This document shows, in pieces, positions 53,646-61,542 of a DNA stretch of 64,000 nucleotides (within the stretch, counting starts at the first letter, position 1; each line of letters starts with the position of its first letter). The stretch comes from Thermoplasmatota archaeon (GTDB lineage Archaea > Thermoplasmatota > Penumbrarchaeia > Penumbrarchaeales > Penumbrarchaeaceae): contig CBDDUX010000032.1 of the NCBI GenBank assembly GCA_965234725.1, forward strand, positions 1 through 64,000, given 5' to 3'. A model generated the notes under the pieces. That model was not told the origin of the DNA. It did not search any database and saw only the letters and a program-made list of their open reading frames with translations. The position numbers were made by a program, and so were the translations under genes.

Positions 53646-54698
53646 ATGCTGGATAGAGGGGGTTCGAGGCCGAGGTCCCGGAAGGTCCTGGTTATTGGGA
53701 TCGGAAGCGGTGCCAGGAGGATGATAGAGCTCATCCATAATGGATCCGAGGACCATGTTGACACCCTCTACATCACCACCGACGAGTCGGACCTGAAGAA
53801 GACAAGGGCCGATGTGAAGTTCCTGATAGGAAGGAGGCTTTGCGGTGGAAAAGGGGCGATGGGATTAACCGAACTTGGCGAGAAATCAGCAGAAGATGCC
53901 AAGCGGGACCTTGAGCCCTACCTTCAAGGTTACCCGTTGATTATTCAGCTTGCAACGCTAGGCAAGGGGACAGCCAGCGGGGCGAGCCATGTGGTAGCAA
54001 CCCTGGGCGAGGGCCTTGGGGCCCTCGTCATTAATTTTTTAATGATACCCTCATCCACGCTGGAATCAATGCAGAGGACCATTGCCAATCATTCAAAGAA
54101 CAGGATGGTAAGGCGCAATTTCAATATCCTGACCATAGATCAGGACCGGTTCCAGGAGATAAACGGCAATCAGCCTCTATCAAGGACCATGGAGGCCCTT
54201 GATGCCCTTCTATCATGGATCGTTATCTCACTTTCGAACGTAATTTACGGAAGAACTCCACGGTCATTATCCATTTCAGATCTCAGATCCGTTTTCAAGG
54301 AGGGGAATGAAGGGACCATATTCGTGGGAGGCTCCTATCTTGCAGAACCTGACCAGGCAGCGGATGAGTTCATCTCCTGTGGACTCCTGAAGAGGGACCC
54401 CAAAACTGGGAAAGGATTCCTGGTAAATCTGGTCACTCCCAAAGGAGCAAAGGAAGGCTTGACCCAGCCTTTCATTGACGCACTAATGTTGAGGGTCGAC
54501 GGTTCCAAGAAGACCGTATTCGTTGGTAATCTGGAGGACCCATCAAGGACCAACATCATAGATCTGATTGGGATCGTGACCGGTATGGAAGATGGAAAGG
54601 TTGAGCTCCAGAATTTCAGACCTCCATCTGAACCTGGTACTATCAAAGAACTTCATCCACGAGGCCCGGACAGATGGGATATTCCGATGGTAAGGTGA
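53646..54698 (+). CDS. Divergent FtsZ/tubulin-family protein with degenerate GTPase loops
   Basis: Colinear with FtsZ over its full length (VLVIGIG, TTD, LIGRRLCGGKGA, LGKGTASG, GIVTG), but signature loops are substituted. Confidence 0.85.
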   Translation: MLDRGGSRPRSRKVLVIGIGSGARRMIELIHNGSEDHVDTLYITTDESDLKKTRADVKFLIGRRLCGGKGAMGLTELGEKSAEDAKRDLEPYLQGYPLIIQLATLGKGTASGASHVVATLGEGLGALVINFLMIPSSTLESMQRTIANHSKNRMVRRNFNILTIDQDRFQEINGNQPLSRTMEALDALLSWIVISLSNVIYGRTPRSLSISDLRSVFKEGNEGTIFVGGSYLAEPDQAADEFISCGLLKRDPKTGKGFLVNLVTPKGAKEGLTQPFIDALMLRVDGSKKTVFVGNLEDPSRTNIIDLIGIVTGMEDGKVELQNFRPPSEPGTIKELHPRGPDRWDIPMVR

Positions 54699-54702
54699 TA
54701 GA

Positions 54703-55074
54703 TCATGAAAGAAGACGGCGACCAAGTTCGATCAGTGGCAGGTATTCCTCGGAAGGATATGCCAGATCCTCTGGAAGGCGGGAATGGAGAGAAACCTCAA
54801 GTATCTCCAGCATGGACCTTCTAGATGTTGATCCTGGGCCGATAATGCCGAAGTGAACGAATCCTGTACCAAGGGGAGTGAAAAGGTCATTCCTTGAGAT
54901 CAGTTCATGACCGGTCTCTTCAAGGAATTCCCGTTGTGATGTCTGGAGAGGTGTCTCTCCGGGAAGTCCTCCTCCACCAGGCATCTCCCATCCCCCTCTT
55001 TTCTTTGATCTGACCATCATGAATTGTGACATGTCTTCGGTAAAGGCTATCACATAGGTCCACATCTTCCTCAC
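54703..55074 (-). CDS. NUDIX hydrolase
   Basis: WEMPGG....GETPLQTSQREFLEETG Nudix box. Confidence 0.92.
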   Translation of the reverse strand: MRKMWTYVIAFTEDMSQFMMVRSKKRGGWEMPGGGGLPGETPLQTSQREFLEETGHELISRNDLFTPLGTGFVHFGIIGPGSTSRRSMLEILEVSLHSRLPEDLAYPSEEYLPLIELGRRLLS

Positions 55075-55523
55075 TTCTCATAACCTACAGCAAGGATGAC
55101 TACAGGTCTCAAATGATCAGGAAGACCAGCAGCGGTCTTGATCTCTTCCTCGTCGAAGGATCCTATCCAGCATGAACCAAGACCGATTTCTGTAGCCTTC
55201 AACATGGAATAGGTTGCGGCAATGCTTGCATCCTGTATACAATAGAGGTCCCTTCCCCTTTCGCCGAACTTATCTATTGCATCTAGGTCAGCGCAGAAGA
55301 TCATTAGAAAAGGTGCTTCTCTAGCCCATTCCTGGTGTAATGCGTCCGAGATCTTCCCTCCTTTGAATGTGAAGATCTTCCTTGCATGAAGATTGCCTGC
55401 AGTCGGAGCCAACTGGGCTGCAAGAACCAATCTTTCGATGTCCCTATCCGGAGGGGCCATGGTCGTGAAACTTCTAACGGAATGCCTTTTCTCCATTACC
55501 ATGTCCAGGTCCAATTCTACCAC
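55071..55523 (-). CDS. Nitroreductase family protein
   Basis: RHSVRSF, APTAGN, GLGSCWIG, AVGY. Confidence 0.93.
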   Translation of the reverse strand: MVELDLDMVMEKRHSVRSFTTMAPPDRDIERLVLAAQLAPTAGNLHARKIFTFKGGKISDALHQEWAREAPFLMIFCADLDAIDKFGERGRDLYCIQDASIAATYSMLKATEIGLGSCWIGSFDEEEIKTAAGLPDHLRPVVILAVGYEK

Positions 55524-56779
55524 CTCTTGTTCTCTCTAACCACTCCACCACCTATCATTACCTTATCAACATGATTGACCCCGAAATGGTAGACAACATG
55601 ATCGAAGGATGTGTCCTTCAATATCAAAAGGTCAGCATCATAACCGGGTGAGATCCTTCCCTTCCTGGAACCAAGACCGATCGCGTGCGCGGCATTCACC
55701 GTGGATGCAGCAAGGATCTCGTTGGGGGTCATCCTCAGACGGTAACATGCCAGTGTTTGAATGAACTGCAAGTTCTCCACCATGCAGTTGGGATTGAGGT
55801 CTGTTGCGATCGCAAGGGGCAGGTCCATTTTCATCATCTTTCTGACCCTGGGAACCTTTTCTTCGAATATCGTCATGAGGGTTCCGGGAAGTACAACCGG
55901 AACGGTCCCACCTCTCTTCAATGCTTCCAGGTCAGGATCCTCCGAGACCAGTAGATGATCGGCAGATGTGGCCCCTAAAGCAGATGCCATTGAGGTTCCT
56001 CCGAGATTTTCGATCTCGTCCGAGTGGATCTTCAATTTCAGACCGGCATCCCTTGCAGCCTTTAGGAATCTGGAGGATTGGCTAAGATCGAATACATTCT
56101 TCTCGCAGAAGATATCGGCATATGTGGCCAATTTCTCTTCTTTTATGGTGGGAAGGATGGATATCATCAGATCGATGAAGGCATCAGGTCTACCTTCGTA
56201 CTCTGGAGGGACCGCATGCGGTCCAAGGAATGTGGACACTTTTGTTAGTGGACTCTTTGACTCCTTTATTGCTCGGAGAAGCTTTAGTTCTGTCAGAACA
56301 TCCAGTCCGTAACCGGATTTGATCTCCACAGAAGTGGTTCCGTAGGTCATCATTCTTTCGAGTCTTTCATCAAGACCTTTAGCAAGCTGTTCACGGGTCA
56401 TCGATCTGGATTCCTTGACCGTCCTCAGGATCCCTCCTCCGGCCTGCAGGATCTCCAGATAGGAGGATCCTTTGAGCTTCATCTTCAGCTCGAACTCCCT
56501 TGTGCCTCCGAAAACGGCATGGGTATGAGGATCGACGAAGCCAGGGACCAACGCTTTTCCATTGCAGTCCAGGCAGGTGGCATCCTCGGATAGATCGGCC
56601 TTCTCCCAGATCTCATTGGAGGTTCCGACCATGGAGATAATTCCGTTCCTGATGGTCACAGCCGCATTCTCAATAACATTGGGGGAATCCATCATTGAAC
56701 CTGGGACTGGCCCCTCTCCCGGAAAGGTATAAAGCTTTCCAATATTGTGCAACAAGAAAGTATCTTTGTTTTCTTCCAT
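55517..56779 (-). CDS. hutI: Imidazolonepropionase
   Basis: PGFVDPHTHAVFGG.R..E, EIKSGYGL, DIFCE, HSDE, SADHL, ATDLNP. Confidence 0.95.
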   Translation of the reverse strand: MEENKDTFLLHNIGKLYTFPGEGPVPGSMMDSPNVIENAAVTIRNGIISMVGTSNEIWEKADLSEDATCLDCNGKALVPGFVDPHTHAVFGGTREFELKMKLKGSSYLEILQAGGGILRTVKESRSMTREQLAKGLDERLERMMTYGTTSVEIKSGYGLDVLTELKLLRAIKESKSPLTKVSTFLGPHAVPPEYEGRPDAFIDLMISILPTIKEEKLATYADIFCEKNVFDLSQSSRFLKAARDAGLKLKIHSDEIENLGGTSMASALGATSADHLLVSEDPDLEALKRGGTVPVVLPGTLMTIFEEKVPRVRKMMKMDLPLAIATDLNPNCMVENLQFIQTLACYRLRMTPNEILAASTVNAAHAIGLGSRKGRISPGYDADLLILKDTSFDHVVYHFGVNHVDKVMIGGGVVRENKRW

Positions 56780-56837
56780 AGGGATCCCCTTTGTCTCATC
56801 CTATAAGCAGGGTAGAGCCTCACTAGATAAAAAGGTA

Positions 56838-57463
56838 TTACCGGTGGGTCATACTAATTGATAAGAGGGAAATGGATAACGAACTTAGCTCTTCTTCAAT
56901 ATCCCTTTTTTCTGTAATATCCTCGAATATCGTATAGACCTCATATGGTTCAGTCTCACCCTCACGTATAAGAGGAATCGCATCGATCTTGATCCATATC
57001 CTTCTATTCTTCTTGGGATTGTAGATGGTCATGACAAAATCCAATACTTCCCTGCCGGTCCTGAGGGCGACCATCGATGGATGTTCTTCTCCTGAAAGAG
57101 GTGACCCGTCTTCTCCTAAGGCATCCCATTGTGGATTTTCTGATGTCATTCCTCCCATTCTATCGAAATCGATCCCCAGTATTTCCCGAGCTGAATTATT
57201 GGCATGCAATATCACACCGTCAGGGGACTGGTGGACCACACCTTGTTTCATGGTGTCGAACAATAACCGATACCTGTCTGATCAGATCTATTGTTGCTTA
57301 TGACCTTTTTCAAAACCTTGGAACGATCCATTATTCTGACCTCGCTTTTCTGTACCTCAGATGCCTCTGTTATCAGTATCATTGCTGAACAACCATTTCC
57401 TATCTGGTCTATGTTGAATAATGTTTTGGTAAGGGAATCATGGAGCGAACCCATGCCCCTCAA
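56838..57463 (-). pseudogene. PAS/PAC sensor-domain fragment (probable disrupted signal-transduction gene)
   Basis: SDRYRLLFDTMKQGV...AN..A..ILG...EDGSPL...DITEKR PAS/PAC; in-frame TGA immediately upstream of SDRY, upstream part in another frame, no output domain. Confidence 0.6.
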
Positions 57464-57499
57464 TTAGGATATGCTCGGTGCAATGGGTGGATATCTTGA

Positions 57500-57835
57500 T
57501 TATTGGTATCTGGTATACTTTTCATCCTTGCCTCTTACAATATCTGCGGGATATTTCTCCTTGTTCTTTTCTAATTTCTTTATTAGTACTTTTTCGAGGT
57601 CAACCTCCTCTCTGTCGGCTATGTCAAGGAGGAAGAAGAAAATGTCAGCGATCTCATCCTCCAGGTCCTCCCTTTCCGGTTTCCTGTCCCAGAGATAGAG
57701 TTCCATCAACTCTCCGGCTTCGATCGATAATGCCATGGAGATATCCTTCGGTCTGTGATATCGGTCCCAGTCCCGTTCTGATATGAATTCCCTCACCAGT
57801 TTCATGAGATCGGAGAAACTGTCGCAGTCTTCCAT
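57500..57835 (-). CDS. MazG-like nucleotide pyrophosphohydrolase
   Basis: F..ERDW..YH.PK....ALSIEAGEL.E...W, EIADI, KYP. Confidence 0.92.
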   Translation of the reverse strand: MEDCDSFSDLMKLVREFISERDWDRYHRPKDISMALSIEAGELMELYLWDRKPEREDLEDEIADIFFFLLDIADREEVDLEKVLIKKLEKNKEKYPADIVRGKDEKYTRYQ

Positions 57836-57951
57836 ATGAGGGAAATGGAGATCCACGATAAAGTCATAGCGGTCCTTGAAATTCCACATGGAATGGCTTT
57901 GACTTGCGAAAGGCTTTTACGGGTCGTTCATATGGACCTCAGAGGTATAAC

Positions 57952-59151
57952 ATGACATTGATCGAGGACGTCGTGATAAGGAAGATCCTAGACTCGAGAG
58001 GGAATCCGACCGTTGAGGTGGATGTATACACGGATACTGGAAGTGGAAGGTTCTCAGCTCCCAGCGGTGCCAGTACCGGTATTCATGAGGTGACGGCATT
58101 TCCAAAGGAAGGTATTGACCACGCCATCCATCTATTCAGGGAAGAGATAGTCCCTCAGGTAATAGGAATGGATACACTGGAACAGGAGAGTCTGGATCTC
58201 CTGTTGACAGATCTTGACGGGACAGATAACTTTTCCAGGATAGGCGGTAACCTGATCGTTGCCCTCTCCATCGCATCATCCAAAGCTGCCTCCGAGGTCC
58301 TTGGACTTCCTTATTACAGGTATCTTGGTGGTTTGCTCCATACCGACCTTCCCTATCCTATGGGGAATGTGCTTGGAGGTGGAAAGCACGCGATCGGAGG
58401 GACGGATATTCAGGAGTTCCTTGTGATATCCCAGGGAGAAACGTTCATCGATTCGGTTTTCGCGGGAGCTTCTGTTCATAAGAGGGTATCCGAACTGTTG
58501 AGGAAGAAGTACCCTGGAGTGGCTCTGGGTAAAGGAGATGAAGGGGCCTGGGTAGCAAAGGTCACCAATGATGAAGCTCTTGAGATCGTTTCCACAGCAT
58601 GCAATGAGATCTCAGATGAGGTGGGATTCGAGATCCAGCCTGGACTCGACGTTGCTGCCTCTTCATTTTTCAAGGATGGCAAGTACCACTATTCTGACAA
58701 GGTACTTGACACACAAGGACAGATCTCATACATGGCGGAACTCGCTGACAAATTCGATCTCTTTTCGATAGAGGACGCAATGTTCGAGGAGGACTTCAAG
58801 GGTACTGCGGACCTGACCGAACAGATAGGGGACAAATGCCTGATAATCGGGGATGATATCTTCGTTACCAACGAGGAGAGGCTTGCAAAAGGTATCGAGT
58901 TTGGAGCATGCAATGCCATCCTGATCAAACCCAATCAGATAGGTACACTGACTGGGACGATCGATACTGTTAAACTTGCACAGGAGGCGGGATATCAGAC
59001 GGTGATCTCGCACAGATCAGGTGAGACAACGGATCCAGCTATTGCACATTTGGGAGTTGCTTTCTCATCGATCTGTATCAAGACCGGTGCGGTATCCGGT
59101 GAGAGGATAGCAAAATTGAACGAGCTCATCAGGATTGAGGAAGAACTTTGA
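57952..59151 (+). CDS. eno: Enolase
   Basis: ILDSRGNPTVEV, PSGASTG, GDEG, LIKPNQIGT, SHRSGET. Confidence 0.97.
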   Translation: MTLIEDVVIRKILDSRGNPTVEVDVYTDTGSGRFSAPSGASTGIHEVTAFPKEGIDHAIHLFREEIVPQVIGMDTLEQESLDLLLTDLDGTDNFSRIGGNLIVALSIASSKAASEVLGLPYYRYLGGLLHTDLPYPMGNVLGGGKHAIGGTDIQEFLVISQGETFIDSVFAGASVHKRVSELLRKKYPGVALGKGDEGAWVAKVTNDEALEIVSTACNEISDEVGFEIQPGLDVAASSFFKDGKYHYSDKVLDTQGQISYMAELADKFDLFSIEDAMFEEDFKGTADLTEQIGDKCLIIGDDIFVTNEERLAKGIEFGACNAILIKPNQIGTLTGTIDTVKLAQEAGYQTVISHRSGETTDPAIAHLGVAFSSICIKTGAVSGERIAKLNELIRIEEEL

Positions 59152-59221
59152 AAGGATCCCTTTCCCAAACGTCTCGGAAACGTTTTTCTATAAAGAGAAA
59201 CTCTCTTCAAGGGGTTCTTAA

Positions 59222-60088
59222 ATGAGGGTCCTACAAGGCACTTCAAATCCCAGTCTGGCCAATTCACTGGCAGACCGGTTGGGGACAAGACCGGTGATGA
59301 CAGATATCAGGAGGTTCCCCGACGGTGAGATATATTCTCGGGTCCTGGAGCCGATAGATGGAGAGGATGTGGTCATATTACAGTCAACCTATCCGGACGA
59401 AAATGCTCTGGAGGCCTTGATACTTGCTGGTCTCGCAAAGGACCTTGGAGCCAGGACGGTCACAGGTGTGATACCCTATTTCGGATATGCCAGACAGGAT
59501 AGGGTATTCAATGAAGGTGAATCGTTCTCCGCCAGGACCATGGCAAGGCATCTTCAACTCTCCATGGACCATTTAGTCTGCATGAACCTGCACAAGGATT
59601 CCACTCTGGAACATTTCGATCAAGTGAAAAGCAAGGTCAACCTATCCCTTATGAATGAGATAGGGACCTTCCTGGGAGATCTCGATGTTGATTTCATACT
59701 ATCTCCGGACAAAGGCGCCATTAATTACGCAAAGGAGGCAGCAAGGACAGCAGGTTGTATGTTCGATCACCTTGAGAAGACCAGGATCGACAGTGAGACA
59801 GTTAAGATGACCATGAAGGAGCTGGATGTCAAGGGCAAGGTTGTAGCCATTGTTGATGATATCATAGCCACAGGCGGAACGATACTCAGAGCACAGGAAG
59901 CCCTCAGGAAACAGGGTGCATCAAAGGTTTATGCTTGCTGTGCACATGGATTATACACCGGTGGGGGGATAGAGAGATTGGAACCAGTTCTTGACGGCTT
60001 ATTTTCCTCGGACACCATCGAGAACCCCACAATGAAGATCTCGGCCGCCGGTCCCATAGCAGACCATCTCAATGAACTCCTGGGGTGA
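59222..60088 (+). CDS. prs: Ribose-phosphate pyrophosphokinase
   Basis: FPDGE, PYFGYARQD, SPDKGA, IVDDIIATGGT. Confidence 0.96.
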   Translation: MRVLQGTSNPSLANSLADRLGTRPVMTDIRRFPDGEIYSRVLEPIDGEDVVILQSTYPDENALEALILAGLAKDLGARTVTGVIPYFGYARQDRVFNEGESFSARTMARHLQLSMDHLVCMNLHKDSTLEHFDQVKSKVNLSLMNEIGTFLGDLDVDFILSPDKGAINYAKEAARTAGCMFDHLEKTRIDSETVKMTMKELDVKGKVVAIVDDIIATGGTILRAQEALRKQGASKVYACCAHGLYTGGGIERLEPVLDGLFSSDTIENPTMKISAAGPIADHLNELLG

Positions 60089-60092
60089 CAGG

Positions 60093-61019
60093 TTGACAGA
60101 TCCCACCGATGTCCAATCGAGTGAAATGATATCCTCCTTCATACTATCCAGGGTAGGTATCAGAGGCGTTAAGAGACCAGTAACTATAAGACGGCCGGAC
60201 AGGACAGTGACCCTGATACCCACTTTCGATATTTCGGTGGACCTGCCTGCCGATCAGAAAGGTTCCCACATGTCGAGACACCTTGAGGTCATCCACCGTT
60301 CCGTGGACGAGGTCGTCCACAGGGAGAATGACTCCCTTGAGAAACTTGTTGAAAGGGTAGCTGAAGAACTTTTAAGTTCCCATGAGTATGCCAGATACGC
60401 GGATGTAAAGCTGAATGCAGATTACTTCATGAAGAAGACCTCACCGGATGGTAGGAACGTTACTGAGAACTACAGGATCTTTGCCGAGGCAAGGATCGAA
60501 AGGGGAGGGGGCAAGCCATACAGGTCCATCGGTGTCGAGGTGGCAGGTATGAGCGCATGTCCCTGCGCCATGGAGAATGTCAGGGCCATCATGAAAGAGG
60601 AACTTGAAAGCAAGGGTTTTTCCAAAGAAAGCATTTCAATTCTGGACCAGATCCCTGTTCCCACTCACAATCAGAAGAACAAAGCTTTCATTGAGGTGGG
60701 CATGAAAGGAGAGATCGAGATCGAGGCTGAGGACCTCATAACCCTGGTGGAATCAAACCTATCCTCTCCCACATATGAGATATTGAAGAGAAAGGGAGAG
60801 GCCTCCATAGTTCTTAATGCACACAGGAATCCCAAGTTCGTGGAAGATATTGTCAGGGATATCATTGATTCCTTCCTTGACAGGTACAGGAACCTGCCTG
60901 ATGATGCCACACTTCATGTCAGGTCGGTTTCGGAAGAGTCGATCCACAAGCACGATGCTTTTGCTGAAAGGATATCCACACTGGGAGAGCTCAGGGAATC
61001 GACCAGGTTTCAGAAGTGA
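60093..61019 (+). CDS. mptA: GTP cyclohydrolase MptA/FolE2 family
   Basis: DVQ, KGSHMSR, GMSACPCA, THNQ, NPKFVED..R, ESIHKHDA. Confidence 0.92.
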   Translation: MTDPTDVQSSEMISSFILSRVGIRGVKRPVTIRRPDRTVTLIPTFDISVDLPADQKGSHMSRHLEVIHRSVDEVVHRENDSLEKLVERVAEELLSSHEYARYADVKLNADYFMKKTSPDGRNVTENYRIFAEARIERGGGKPYRSIGVEVAGMSACPCAMENVRAIMKEELESKGFSKESISILDQIPVPTHNQKNKAFIEVGMKGEIEIEAEDLITLVESNLSSPTYEILKRKGEASIVLNAHRNPKFVEDIVRDIIDSFLDRYRNLPDDATLHVRSVSEESIHKHDAFAERISTLGELRESTRFQK

Positions 61020-61063
61020 TCCTTCCAAAATGTTCATTATTTAAAAAGGAGGTACAAGGAAAG

Positions 61064-61474
61064 ATGGCCGAGAGTAAGAAGAGGATACTTGTCCCCACCT
61101 CGGGATACCTCCCCGCCAAGGAGAGGGGGGATATAATAATTGAGATCGCCAGACGTATGGATGCAGAGGTCTTTGTGGTCCATATAAGGGATCCGACGAT
61201 ACTGGTAGCGACCAGCAGGGAAAGCGAGGGTTGGGCGGCCTTGAAGGTCTTCGAGGAGAAGGGGAGGGAGGCTGGAGTACCGGTCACAGCATTCTACACA
61301 AGCGGGGAACTGGTGGAGAGTCTCAAGAAGTTCGCCCAGGAGAACCGTGCCGACCTGATCCTTGTTGGAGCTTCTGCCAATAGGTTGATAGCGGAATGGG
61401 TCACTTTCGAACTCCTATGCGACTGCAACACACCGATACTAGTCGTTCCACAGGACCTATCCTCCCTTATTTAA
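61064..61474 (+). CDS. Universal stress protein
   Basis: RILVPT, VVHI, ADLILVG, PILVVP. Confidence 0.88.
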   Translation: MAESKKRILVPTSGYLPAKERGDIIIEIARRMDAEVFVVHIRDPTILVATSRESEGWAALKVFEEKGREAGVPVTAFYTSGELVESLKKFAQENRADLILVGASANRLIAEWVTFELLCDCNTPILVVPQDLSSLI

Positions 61475-61542
61475 GTTCGGCCACCTCTCAGGTCTTTTCC
61501 TATTAATATCAGGAACAGGATACACCCCAGGAGGACCCTGTC

